64,000 nt of DNA. Source: Candidatus Micrarchaeota archaeon (GTDB taxonomy: Archaea; Micrarchaeota; Micrarchaeia; Micrarchaeales; CABMGC01). Below the pieces are notes generated by a model that was not told where the DNA came from, ran no database searches, and saw only the letters and a list, made by a program, of their open reading frames with translations. The translations under genes were made by a program, and so were the position numbers. The stretch spans positions 113,608-177,607 of the forward strand of contig JAGWGN010000001.1 in assembly GCA_028867335.1 (NCBI GenBank), given 5' to 3'. Below, one piece after another: positions 18,462 through 27,587 of this stretch (the first letter of the stretch is position 1; each line of letters opens with the position of its first letter).

Positions 18462-18574
18462 CGCCAGGGTAGGGATATTCAGCATGATGCATTTGAACCC
18501 TAAAGGCCTTGCGGCCATGCGCTCACGGGAATAAATTTCCAGGCGCACGCGTTACCGGATTCTGCCACCCTGGC
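18462..18574 (-). tRNA. tRNA-Ser (anticodon GGA), type II, with two introns: about 13 nt at 37/38 and about 16 nt in the T-loop
   Basis: Hand fold of the minus strand. Acceptor GCCAGGG/CCCUGGC plus G73. Anticodon stem UGCGC/GCGCA with loop CUGGAA[intron]A. Variable arm GGCC-GCAA-GGCC. T-stem UAGGG/CCCUA encloses UUCAAAU plus 16 extra nt. The D-stem is weak (GCA/CGC). Confidence 0.75.
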
Positions 18575-18722
18575 ATGCTACTAAATATAATTCAGCACTC
18601 TTAAAAAGCTAACAGATTTAGCAATATATATTGGTGCAATAGGTATTTAAAACATTCATAGCCCTTCCACTAATCTAGGCAAAAACTGGCTCTTGGCCTT
18701 TGCAAACGAAAAGCAAAACTGC

Positions 18723-18730
18723 TTTATAAA
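18723..18730 (+). promoter_or_regulatory. TATA box (tttataaa) of tfb
   Basis: 30-37 nt upstream of the ATG at 18760. Consistent with a leaderless or short-leader mRNA. Confidence 0.55.
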
Positions 18731-18759
18731 ACGGCGCTAATATACTATTGCTGGTTCAC

Positions 18760-19680
18760 ATGACCCTGGAATTCGGAAAGAAAAGCGACCTCTCGGAGCT
18801 TAAGCGTAACTCCGATCGCTGCCCCGAGTGCAGAAAGGGCTCCATAACCGAGGATGAGCACACAGGGGAGAGGGTCTGCATGGACTGCGGCGTTGTTTTG
18901 CAGGAGAACCTCGAGTCAAAGCAGCTTCCTATGATCCCCCACTCAACGCCCATGGCCTCGAGCAGCAGCATTCTCGAGCTCTACAGCAAGGACTCTTCCG
19001 GCAAGCAGGTCCCAGTTGCGGTAAGGCAGAGTTTCCAGAGGCTGAGCCGCTTCAACATCGCAAGCGATTCTAGCAAGGTGGCAAGGGAAAAACGCGTAAA
19101 CGCGATACTGGAAGGACTCTGCGACAAGCTGGGACTTCCTGAGCAGGTGAACTCAGGCGTTCTCGATTTGCTGCGCGACACAAAGCATCTGGTGAAAAGC
19201 CGCTCTCCGGAGTTGCGCGTCGCGGCAGCGGTGTATCTGACATGCCGGTCGATGGGAATACCAAAGAAGCTCACCGAGGTTGCGCGGCTGGCCGACGTGG
19301 AGCTCACTGCCCTCAGCAAGACTTATAGGGTGTTCCACAGGAGGATATCAGAGAATCTGACCGAGGACCTAAGGAAAAAGTATCTGGATATGCCAAGCCA
19401 GGATCCTGTCATATACGTCGGGCAGATTGCGAGCAAGTCAGGCATCCTAGAGTCAATCTCAAGGGTCGCCATAAAGCTGATACACGACAATTCAAAGAAT
19501 CTGACCGGGAGCGATCCGTCCTCGCTTGCCACAACAGCGCTCTACATCGCCTGCAGGCTCTACTCCTCATCATATCGTACCCAGAAGAGTTTGGCCGCCG
19601 AGGCGGGCATAACAGAGGTGACGATACGAAACAACCTCAAGAAGTTCAAGATCGTCCCGGGAAAGAAATTGCTAATCTGA
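18760..19680 (+). CDS. tfb: transcription initiation factor B (TFB/TFIIB)
   Basis: N-terminal zinc ribbon CPECRKGSITEDEHTGERVCMDCG followed by two cyclin-like repeats. First ATG used; the track ORF starts at TTG 18748. Confidence 0.9.
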   Translation: MTLEFGKKSDLSELKRNSDRCPECRKGSITEDEHTGERVCMDCGVVLQENLESKQLPMIPHSTPMASSSSILELYSKDSSGKQVPVAVRQSFQRLSRFNIASDSSKVAREKRVNAILEGLCDKLGLPEQVNSGVLDLLRDTKHLVKSRSPELRVAAAVYLTCRSMGIPKKLTEVARLADVELTALSKTYRVFHRRISENLTEDLRKKYLDMPSQDPVIYVGQIASKSGILESISRVAIKLIHDNSKNLTGSDPSSLATTALYIACRLYSSSYRTQKSLAAEAGITEVTIRNNLKKFKIVPGKKLLI

Positions 19681-21129
19681 TTTATCCTTCCTTGGCTTCT
19701 CTGGTTTTACAGTAGGGAAAAGTATCGCCTCCTTGATCGACGAGAGGTCGGAGAGGATCATCACAAGCCTGTCTATCCCAAGGCCCATGCCCGCAAGCGG
19801 TGGCATCCCGTACTCGACTGCCTCAAGGAAGTCCTCATCTATAGGCGGCGCTTCTTCGTCTCCGTTCTTTCTTTCCTCATCCTGCTGCTCAAACTTCTTC
19901 CTCTGCTCGACAGGGTCTGTCAGCTCGGAGTAGCAGTTGGCAAGCTCCTTGCCCGCAATGAACATCTCAAATCTCTCGCTGAGCTTCTCGTTGCCCCGCT
20001 TGTCCTTTGTTAGCGGGCACATGTATGCCGGGAAATCCATGACCAGCGTCGGGTCTATCAGCTCTGGCTGAACGTACTTATCAAAGAGCGCATCGGCGAC
20101 GTGTATCGCGTTTTTCATCGGAATGTCTAGCTTCTCCTTCTTTGCGATCTTTGCGGAAGTCGCATCATCCATTTTCGAAATGTCAATCCCAGACTTCTTC
20201 TTTATCTCATCCACAAGGTAGACCCGCCTAAACGGTGTCTTGAAGCTTATCTTCTTGCCCTGGTACTCTATTTCATGGGCCCCAAAGAGGTTTTTCACAA
20301 GCCCTGAGAGCATCTCCTCGATTAGCTTCGCGAACTCCTCGTAGTCAGCATAGGACTGGTAGAACTCGAGCTGCGTGAACTCCGGGTTGTGCGTTGCGTC
20401 AACCGCCTCGTTGCGGAAGTCCTTCGCGAACTCGTACACCCTCTCGATGCCGCCGATTATCAGCCTCTTTAGGTAGAGCTCGTCCGCGATCCTGAGATAG
20501 AGGTCGGTGTTTAGGTAGTTGTGGTGGGTTACAAACGGCTTTGCCGACGCCCCTCCGTAGATTGCCTGAAGCGTCGGGGTGTCGACCTCAAGGAAGCTTC
20601 GCTCGTCAAGGAAGTTTCTGATGTACTTTATTATCTGCGCCCTCCTGAAGAATATCTTCCTGTTCTCATGGTTCATGATCAGGTCGAGGTACTTCTTCCT
20701 GTACCTTATCTCAACGTCAGTTAGGCCGTGAAACTTCTCAGGCAAGAAGAGAAGCGACTTTGCAAGCATCTCAATCACTGTTACCTCGATGCTCACCTCG
20801 CCCCTCTTGCTCTTTCCTATCTTTCCCTTAGCACCGATTATGTCACCGATGTCAAGGTGCGAGAGAACCTTTGAGGACTTCGCGTCAACGTCATCGCTCT
20901 TTACAATCAGCTGTATCTTTCCGGAACCGTCAAGCAGGTCGATGAAGTAGAGCTTTCCCATCGCCCTCATACCCGTCACCCTTCCCGCAACGCTTGCGCC
21001 CTTGCCCTCAAGCTTCTCGAAATCATCCTTTATCTGCTGCGCGTGGTGCGTCTGGTCGTAGGAGTAAGGGTAGGGGTCGATCTTCTGCGCCCTAAGCGCG
21101 TTCATCTTCTCGAGCTTTATCCTGTCCAT
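19672..21129 (-). CDS. lysS: lysyl-tRNA synthetase, class II
   Basis: OB-fold region [25 protein letters not shown]. Class II core [63 protein letters not shown]. Start taken at MDRIKLEK; the track begins 10 codons upstream. Confidence 0.9.
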   Translation of the reverse strand: MDRIKLEKMNALRAQKIDPYPYSYDQTHHAQQIKDDFEKLEGKGASVAGRVTGMRAMGKLYFIDLLDGSGKIQLIVKSDDVDAKSSKVLSHLDIGDIIGAKGKIGKSKRGEVSIEVTVIEMLAKSLLFLPEKFHGLTDVEIRYRKKYLDLIMNHENRKIFFRRAQIIKYIRNFLDERSFLEVDTPTLQAIYGGASAKPFVTHHNYLNTDLYLRIADELYLKRLIIGGIERVYEFAKDFRNEAVDATHNPEFTQLEFYQSYADYEEFAKLIEEMLSGLVKNLFGAHEIEYQGKKISFKTPFRRVYLVDEIKKKSGIDISKMDDATSAKIAKKEKLDIPMKNAIHVADALFDKYVQPELIDPTLVMDFPAYMCPLTKDKRGNEKLSERFEMFIAGKELANCYSELTDPVEQRKKFEQQDEERKNGDEEAPPIDEDFLEAVEYGMPPLAGMGLGIDRLVMILSDLSSIKEAILFPTVKPEKPRKDKSD

Positions 21130-21175
21130 CTTCAGCACATATACGGGGCAATCAAACAATAAAAATGTGAGTATG

Positions 21176-21250
21176 TGGGCCTGGAGGGATTTGAACCCCC
21201 GACTTAGAGGTTAAAAGCCTCCCACTCTGGCCAAGCTGAGTTACAGACCC
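21176..21250 (-). tRNA. tRNA-Lys (anticodon UUU)
   Basis: Hand fold. Acceptor GGGUCUG/CAGGCCC, A73. D arm ACUC..GAGU. Anticodon stem GGAGG/CCUCU with loop CUUUUAA. T arm GGGGG-UUCAAAU-CCCUC. No intron. Confidence 0.9.
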
Positions 21251-21316
21251 ACTGGATAAATAATAGCACGCATAATATTTAAATCACTTTAAAATCTGGC
21301 AGAGTCTGATGATTGC

Positions 21317-21688
21317 ATGGGAGGAAGGGTAAGGATTGATGGCGCATACGCGCTCTTTGAGATTACAGGATGGGATAGGCTTCTTTCGCTCAAGACGAGA
21401 ATAAAGATCCCGCTAAACCACATAACAAAGGTCACCACGGAGGAGGCAGAGGAAATAACAGGATTCAGGTTAGGGGGAACGGCATTTCCTTACATGGTAA
21501 AAGAGGGGAGGAATCAGTGGAAGAGCACAGGCTGGCAGTTTTATTTGATGCGCGATCCGGACAGGTGCGTTAGCGTCTACCTAAAGGATGAGTTCTACAA
21601 GAGGATAGTCTTCGAAGTGCCGGATAAGGATGCCTCCCTAAAGCTGATAACCTTGGCCATAAGGGAAAAGGTCAACACGCAGTTCTGA
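21317..21688 (+). CDS. small cytoplasmic protein, possibly a bacterial-type PH-like fold
   Basis: ORF track 123 aa. The pattern IDGAYALFEITGWDRLLSLKTRIKIPLNHI resembles bPH-family proteins. Weak assignment. Confidence 0.45.
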   Translation: MGGRVRIDGAYALFEITGWDRLLSLKTRIKIPLNHITKVTTEEAEEITGFRLGGTAFPYMVKEGRNQWKSTGWQFYLMRDPDRCVSVYLKDEFYKRIVFEVPDKDASLKLITLAIREKVNTQF

Positions 21689-21690
21689 TC

Positions 21691-22431
21691 TCACTCAGAG
21701 GTGGAAAAGGAAAGTTTGCCCCTATTCATTTCAGTCTTTATCGAAATATCAAACTCCTCCTCAAGCATGTCGAGAACCGCCTCCACAACCGGCTTCTCAG
21801 CGTTTGCGCTAAAGTCCCCAATCCTTCTGATGTCATTCTTTACCGTAGTGAGGTCCCTGCCTCGTCTCACAGTCACGTCATGAGGCGTAAAATGATGGTT
21901 GTCTGATTCTCTTCTGAGAGCGTGCTTGCGTGCATCCCAGTACTCCGCAGACGAATAGTATCTAAGATAACTTCCCTCCTCGTGCAAGATCCCTGCCTTC
22001 TGCATCCTTTCAAGCTTTTCAAGCGAAGCCTTCTCAAGCTCAAGTCGCTTGAGCTTTGTGCGGAGCAACTGTCTTACAAGGGTTATCTCAATTTTTCCAA
22101 ATAAGATGTTCAATTCTATCGCATGGAGATATTCCCCTTCCGCCTTGATCAGTGTGCGCTCTGCGCTTTTTGCCGCGCATACCTCTGCAGCGTCCCTTAT
22201 CAGCTGGTATTTATCCAGCTCACCTATCAGCCTGTCTCTGAGAACCAGATTGTATCTGTTGTGTTCAATTAGCCTATTGACATTCTCAATTGCCCGATCC
22301 ATTGGAACTTTATCAAATTTTTCCTTCATCACTCTTTCTGCTATTCGCGAATTGTTGTTTCCGGCCTCCATGCTCCCCACCATATCCTTGCCTATGGTTT
22401 CCCACTTCTCCTGCCTTGCAAAAAGTCCCAT
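21691..22431 (-). CDS. hypothetical protein (246 aa, predicted helical/coiled-coil middle part)
   Basis: ORF track, ATG start. Own minus-strand TATA (revcomp of ccattttataag, 22456-22467). No family recognised. Confidence 0.5.
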   Translation of the reverse strand: MGLFARQEKWETIGKDMVGSMEAGNNNSRIAERVMKEKFDKVPMDRAIENVNRLIEHNRYNLVLRDRLIGELDKYQLIRDAAEVCAAKSAERTLIKAEGEYLHAIELNILFGKIEITLVRQLLRTKLKRLELEKASLEKLERMQKAGILHEEGSYLRYYSSAEYWDARKHALRRESDNHHFTPHDVTVRRGRDLTTVKNDIRRIGDFSANAEKPVVEAVLDMLEEEFDISIKTEMNRGKLSFSTSE

Positions 22432-22494
22432 CTAATCAACAACCTCTAGAAATTCCATTTTATAAGCCATTCTCATCCTTTGTTTTAAACCGAC

Positions 22495-23298
22495 TTAGTA
22501 AGGTATTCCTTCTAATTTTGCCAATAGCTTTGAGGTCTTATCAATTATCTCCCTCTCCACATCTCTTCTAAGATAAACAAAGCTTTTCGTTTTCATTTCC
22601 AGGAAAGAATCAACGGGGCCAACCTCTTCTGTATCCCCATTTTTCACTGTTATTCCAAAGTAGAGATGTTCCAGCCATTCTCTAACAGTGTCCTCAACCA
22701 GCTCGGTATTCTCCACCACGTGGCAAATTGCGCTGGCAGATGCCATTGCTCCTACGGGATCCGCTGTTTTTCCAAGAGCATAGATGTGAGCAAGCGGCTC
22801 AAATTGTCCGACATCCAATTCTACATTCCCCAATTCAAATTTTTTCAGTCCTAGCCCAACTGCTTTTGCATGCCCTATCTCGTGATTGATCAGTAGCTTT
22901 ATTCCCTCCCGAAACTCCCCAATTTCCCGGGATTGCAATATTCTCTCAATGAACTTAGTCGTCTTCAATTCATTGAACTCGATCACCAAATTCTCCGAGT
23001 CCCTCTGGATATCCGGCTGGATCTCTATCCCCAAACACCCCCTTTCCACATCTTCCAGGCTCTTTTTTACAAGTATGACCACATTTTCAAAGCTTTTGTC
23101 AAGCCCTCTCACAAACAAACTCATCCGTTTTGTAAATTCTAAGTCTATTTCAGACTTTTTAATCTTTTTCCCATCAATCCTCCTCAAATTAAGGTACTGT
23201 TCTGCGGCTACGGAAATGCCCACCTCCCCTCTCATCGTAACTAATGTCTCATCAAGCCTACCGTAGGTATTCTTTGTAAGAATGGCCGATCCTGACAT
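22495..23298 (-). CDS. hypothetical protein with an HExxH motif (putative zinc metallopeptidase)
   Basis: LLINHEIGHAKAVG contains HEIGH. Own TATA about 20-28 nt upstream of the ATG. Lower G+C than the flanks (23/60 in one line counted). Confidence 0.5.
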   Translation of the reverse strand: MSGSAILTKNTYGRLDETLVTMRGEVGISVAAEQYLNLRRIDGKKIKKSEIDLEFTKRMSLFVRGLDKSFENVVILVKKSLEDVERGCLGIEIQPDIQRDSENLVIEFNELKTTKFIERILQSREIGEFREGIKLLINHEIGHAKAVGLGLKKFELGNVELDVGQFEPLAHIYALGKTADPVGAMASASAICHVVENTELVEDTVREWLEHLYFGITVKNGDTEEVGPVDSFLEMKTKSFVYLRRDVEREIIDKTSKLLAKLEGIPY

Positions 23299-23366
23299 GA
23301 TGTTCCATTCACGCCTTATTTTATAAGCGTGCCTGTGTTTTTGTTTTGTTGACGTGAAAATTAGGT

Positions 23367-24728
23367 TTATGCTTCTATGTACTTTAGGGTGTCCGTGCTT
23401 CCCGGTTTGTTTGGGGATCCAGAAACGACTATGTATCGTCTCATTCCGTTTTTCGCGGCCACTTCCTTTACGATCTTTAGCATCTCGTCCATGCTCCTGT
23501 AAAGCTTTATTTTGACCGTTCTTATCCCGTAGTAAATCGCAAGCTCCCTTCTCACATCCTCCCCGACTACTAGGGCGATCGCCTCGGTATTTGGCCTGAG
23601 CATCGAGATTATCTTGGCTGTCGTGCCCGTCCTAGTCGGGATGAATATACAATCAGTCTTATACGAATCCGCAAGCCCGACAGCTGCGAATGCAATCCCT
23701 CCTCTTAAGGTGGTCACATCTGAGTTCCTCTCAGCTCCCTTGTAGCTCATGAAGCTCTCAGCCGCGCGTATTGTCCTCACAAGGAACTTCACCGCCTCTT
23801 CGGGATACCTTCCCACGGTCGTCTCATCGCTGAGCATCAGGCAGTCGACCCCGGAACCAACCGCACTTGCAATGTCGTTGACCTCCGCCCTTGTCGGGGT
23901 CGGGTTGTTCATCATGCTTGTGAGCAGCTGCGTTGCCACAATCACCGGCTTTCCATATTTTCTCGATGCCTCAACAATCTGCCTTTGTACCTCTGGTATC
24001 CTCTCGATGCTCACTTCTTCAGCAAGATCTCCCCTTGCAACCATGATTACATCTGCCTCCCTGATTATCTCATCGATGTTTTGGACCGCCTCCCTTCTCT
24101 CTATTTTTGCAATTACCTTTATTTTCCCGCTAGATCCCCTGAGGGTCCTTATCCCCTTCGCGGAGTTGACAAACGACATGCCCACAAAATCAAACTTGTT
24201 CTTCATAGCAAATTTCGCAAGTTCTATGTCGGCCGGAGTCGGCGACTGCAACCTCATGCTTATCCCAAACATGTTCACCCCCTTCTTGCTCGAGATCTTT
24301 CCGTCCTCAAGCGCCTTTGCGATTACCCTCTTTCCAACTATCTGCTTGATGTGCAGCCTTGCATCCCCGTCCCCTATCTCTATGACTGCTCCCCTTTTTG
24401 CGTCTTGGTGAAAATTCTTGTACGATACCGCAATTGCGCCCTTGCCCCTATCCGAGCAGAAGGTGACAACCTGTCCTTTCTTGAGCAAAATAGGCGCCGA
24501 GAGCTTTTCGACCCTGACCTTGGGCCCCGGAAGGTCCGCAAAAAGCGTGATCTCCTTTCCGAGTTGCTTTGCAGCTTTCCGTATCTTCTTAACTGCCTCA
24601 AGCCACTCGGCCTTTTCCCCATGGGAAAGATTTATCCTCACTATGTCAGCGTATTTCAACACCCGCTTTAAAACGAGCTCGCCGCTTATTCCCGGTCCGT
24701 AGGTCACTATTATCTTTGTGTTGATCAT
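23367..24728 (-). CDS. pyk: pyruvate kinase
   Basis: KIIVTYGPGI...IVRINLSHGEKAEW...ADLPGPKVRV...MVARGDLAEEV. Start at MINTK; the track ORF starts 15 codons upstream. Confidence 0.9.
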   Translation of the reverse strand: MINTKIIVTYGPGISGELVLKRVLKYADIVRINLSHGEKAEWLEAVKKIRKAAKQLGKEITLFADLPGPKVRVEKLSAPILLKKGQVVTFCSDRGKGAIAVSYKNFHQDAKRGAVIEIGDGDARLHIKQIVGKRVIAKALEDGKISSKKGVNMFGISMRLQSPTPADIELAKFAMKNKFDFVGMSFVNSAKGIRTLRGSSGKIKVIAKIERREAVQNIDEIIREADVIMVARGDLAEEVSIERIPEVQRQIVEASRKYGKPVIVATQLLTSMMNNPTPTRAEVNDIASAVGSGVDCLMLSDETTVGRYPEEAVKFLVRTIRAAESFMSYKGAERNSDVTTLRGGIAFAAVGLADSYKTDCIFIPTRTGTTAKIISMLRPNTEAIALVVGEDVRRELAIYYGIRTVKIKLYRSMDEMLKIVKEVAAKNGMRRYIVVSGSPNKPGSTDTLKYIEA

Positions 24729-24859
24729 TTGGTCTCCTTTTGGTGGCTTGCACACAACCTGTAGTGTGCCCAAATCCTTTTTATGCCGTTTGCTATAAGC
24801 TTTTGCGAATCCGCATTATAAATTGATGAATAAACTTATAATATCAAGAGGGTGGAGCA

Positions 24860-25309
24860 ATGCCAAAGACAAAGGCGATAATATTCGATTGGGGGAGAAC
24901 ATTATATGACAAAGAAAATGAGAAGCTTTTTCCAGAAACCGTAGAGGTTCTGGATTTCTGCTCTAAGAAATACGACCTTGCCATTGTTTCTCTTGCCACC
25001 GATAATCAAATCGAGGGAAGATTTGCAAAGCTTGACCGATTCGACCTGCGCAAATACTTCAAGCTTGCTCTTTTCCATGCATCGGATAAGGACTCCCTAT
25101 TTCGCAATGCGGTAGGAAACCTTAATCTCCCTCCTGAGCAGGTGCTGGTTGTTGACGATAGGGCAAGGCGCCTTGGCTGGGCGATAAAAAGCGGCTGCAG
25201 GACCATCTGGATAAGGCGCGGAAAGTTTTCTTCGGAAACACCTGATGCGGAGACAGGGACTCCGAACTTCACAGTAGACTCCCTTAAAGAAATTCTAAGA
25301 ATTGTCTGA
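24860..25309 (+). CDS. HAD-superfamily hydrolase-like protein
   Basis: KAIIFDWGRTLYD is motif I-like (the second Asp is replaced). LVVDDRARRLGWA is motif IV-like. Confidence 0.6.
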   Translation: MPKTKAIIFDWGRTLYDKENEKLFPETVEVLDFCSKKYDLAIVSLATDNQIEGRFAKLDRFDLRKYFKLALFHASDKDSLFRNAVGNLNLPPEQVLVVDDRARRLGWAIKSGCRTIWIRRGKFSSETPDAETGTPNFTVDSLKEILRIV

Positions 25310-25335
25310 TACCGCTCATGCTGAGCAATATGCTC

Positions 25336-25410
25336 TGGCGCCCTAAGCAGGGATCGAACCTGCGACCTACTGGTTAACAGCCAGTCGCTCTACCACTGAG
25401 CTATTAGGGC
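25336..25410 (-). tRNA. tRNA-Asn (anticodon GUU) with genomically encoded 3' CCA
   Basis: Hand fold. GCCCUAA/UUAGGGC, G73, then CCA. D arm GCUC-AGUGGUA-GAGC. Anticodon arm ACUGG-CUGUUAA-CCAGU. T arm GCAGG-UUCGAUC-CCUGC. Confidence 0.9.
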
Positions 25411-25416
25411 ATGCGC

Positions 25417-26106
25417 TTATTCCTTGAAGAACGGGAACGGCCTTGCAAGATTAATTATTTTCACGTACATATATGAATGCTCCCCGAACTCGTTTGAGAA
25501 ATCAACCGTGTTCGTCGCAAACTTGTACCTTGCAAAGCTTGACTTCATCTTCTTATTAGATATTGAGTAATAAAAAGTTTTCTTTTCGTCCGAAAGCTCC
25601 TCTATCAAGTCGAAGACACCCATCACGCTCTTCCCCTTGTACTCAAAGGCGTAAACGTACTCTATGTTGTCGCGTATCACCGCCCTCTTTATGACGCTCT
25701 TTATCAGGTCGTCGAGCTTGTTTACCCTTACGCTTCTCACATTCTTTATCGCCGAGGGCTTCGCCTCCTTGAACTTCGAGAGGTCGATGTCGATCAGGTT
25801 GCTATAGGAGCTGCCGGTCCTCTGCTCGAAGTTGTTTACAAGTTCAGCGCTGGGCGTCTGTTCATTCCCGTACACATAGCGCAGTGTGTCCGCCTCAACC
25901 TTAACGTCCTTGTATAGCGCGATCGAGGTGTCCTGGATCGAATCGACGAGTGCGATTATCCTGTGCCTTCCCTTGGAATTGGAGATGATAAGCTCCTTTG
26001 CAGACGAGTCGAATCTGCTCGACCATCTTGCGATGTCCTCTATGGTGTCTGCCTCGACATAGAGAAGTTCCCTTCCCCCCTTCTCTTTCTTTCCCTTCTT
26101 TGCCAT
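25417..26106 (-). CDS. hypothetical protein (229 aa, lysine-rich N-terminus)
   Basis: ORF track. 3-nt gap after the upstream secreted-protein gene on the same strand. No family recognised. Confidence 0.5.
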   Translation of the reverse strand: MAKKGKKEKGGRELLYVEADTIEDIARWSSRFDSSAKELIISNSKGRHRIIALVDSIQDTSIALYKDVKVEADTLRYVYGNEQTPSAELVNNFEQRTGSSYSNLIDIDLSKFKEAKPSAIKNVRSVRVNKLDDLIKSVIKRAVIRDNIEYVYAFEYKGKSVMGVFDLIEELSDEKKTFYYSISNKKMKSSFARYKFATNTVDFSNEFGEHSYMYVKIINLARPFPFFKE

Positions 26107-26109
26107 AGT

Positions 26110-26949
26110 TCACATCACGTTAAAAAAAGATAGTATGTAGTGGATTGCTAGCATCACTGCGTAGGTGGGCTCGTAGATTATCGGTGAAAGTGCAACTCCC
26201 TGCCCTACCGCAGCGTAGTCGTTTAGCAGGCTTGCCTGCGCCACCATGTTTATGTTGAATGACTTCGAGACAAGGGCGCTTGTTGCCGATCCCACAGTGA
26301 GATTGAAGCTGTATGCCCCCGGAACGTCAACGAATATCGGATATACAAACGAGCTTGTTGCTGAGTGCAGCGCTATGACAACGTCAGATACGTTCCATGC
26401 CGGAAGCCCATATGCGTTTATCACAAACGGGTCGTCAGAGATCCCAGTGTTGTTTATCGTTATCTGAAGGTTGTATGGCTGTCCCGTTCCAACGTTGAAG
26501 TTTGTTGGGGAGACGCTTGTTGAGAACACGTCGGTCGTGACATTGACAAAAGCCGTGAAGGTTAGGTTTCCAAGCCTTGAGTAGTTCTGTATGTTCACCG
26601 CCCGAAGCGTGAGCTTGTATGTCCCATTCTGCGCATCAGGAGCAGTCGTTATCTTGAGCTTCATCGGGTTTTCGTAGAGCGGCGATGCCTGCGCGGACCA
26701 TCCTATTGGAAGGTTGACTGCCGTGAAGGTGTTCCACCCTATGTTTATCACCTTCCCGCTCGCATTCTGCGTCGTTGCCGAGGCGAGGACGTAGAAGCTC
26801 TCTCCTGGTCCCACCTTCCCGAGATATACGCTGCCGTTGTTTAGTATCGTCCCTGTTATCGGTCCCTGGACCTGAAGATAAGTTGCATTTACAAATGACA
26901 CAAGCATGACTACTGCGAAGAGCCCTGCAAAAAGCGAAATACCTCTCAT
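26110..26949 (-). CDS. secreted/surface protein with a signal peptide, many N-glycosylation sequons and a C-terminal TM anchor
   Basis: N-terminus MRGISLFAGLFAVVMLVSFVNA. Sequons include NGS, NAS, NGT, NYS, NLT, NVT, NNT, NVS and NLT. The hydrophobic C-terminus is YAVMLAIHYILSFF. Confidence 0.6.
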   Translation of the reverse strand: MRGISLFAGLFAVVMLVSFVNATYLQVQGPITGTILNNGSVYLGKVGPGESFYVLASATTQNASGKVINIGWNTFTAVNLPIGWSAQASPLYENPMKLKITTAPDAQNGTYKLTLRAVNIQNYSRLGNLTFTAFVNVTTDVFSTSVSPTNFNVGTGQPYNLQITINNTGISDDPFVINAYGLPAWNVSDVVIALHSATSSFVYPIFVDVPGAYSFNLTVGSATSALVSKSFNINMVAQASLLNDYAAVGQGVALSPIIYEPTYAVMLAIHYILSFFNVM

Positions 26950-26998
26950 TTAACCACTGAACATAGACTGCCTAAACTTAAAAATTAATAGGTTATCC

Positions 26999-27580
26999 TC
27001 AGCCAGCCCGCTTTATTTTCGATATCAGGATGTTGACGTTCCTTGCAAGCATTACCGGGGTGTCTGTGTTGCATAGTAGGTAGTCAATCATGCCAAAGAG
27101 CTTGTCTATTCCCTTCGCTGCCCCCTTTTTCGCGACGCCGTATCCCTTCTTCTCAAGGCTCTCCCTCTCCGTGAACTTTCGCAGGCTCTTTGGATCATCA
27201 GTTCTTCCCCTGTCGCGCAATCTCTCAAACCGCACCTCTACCGGAGCCACTATTCCAACTATGTAGAGCTTCTTTAGCGTCCTCTTAAGGTACTTCATCT
27301 CAGGCACGTCTCTCACCCCAACAATCGCTATGTTCTTCTTGCTCTTGACGTACGCCGCAATCTTCTTTACTGCCATGCGTGCGACAATGTCCTTGCCGTA
27401 TTTTCTTCTCATGACTACCGAGTATTTCCTTATCCTGTCACCTCCAGGAGAAATCCCGTCCTCTGCCATCTTCTCGCGTACTTGGTCCCCCATCTCGACT
27501 ATCTTGAACCCCTTCCTCTTGAGTATCTTTGCGACAACTCCCTTTCCGGATCCCGGCAGCCCAGTAACAACGATAATCAT
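26999..27580 (-). CDS. P-loop nucleotide kinase-like protein (archaeal UPF0200 / dephospho-CoA-kinase-like family)
   Basis: Walker A MIIVVTGLPGSGKG. Size and layout fit small NMP-kinase-like proteins. Confidence 0.6.
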   Translation of the reverse strand: MIIVVTGLPGSGKGVVAKILKRKGFKIVEMGDQVREKMAEDGISPGGDRIRKYSVVMRRKYGKDIVARMAVKKIAAYVKSKKNIAIVGVRDVPEMKYLKRTLKKLYIVGIVAPVEVRFERLRDRGRTDDPKSLRKFTERESLEKKGYGVAKKGAAKGIDKLFGMIDYLLCNTDTPVMLARNVNILISKIKRAG

Positions 27581-27587
27581 GTAATCA

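Noticed and set aside
17880-18503. 207-aa plus-strand ORF and other ORFs antisense to rps13/rps4/rps11
   Set aside because: They are antisense to unmistakable ribosomal protein genes, and the 3' end runs into the tRNA-Ser gene.
23749-24702. 220-, 228- and 94-aa ORFs on the plus strand within 23749..24702
   Set aside because: They are antisense to pyruvate kinase and have no motifs.
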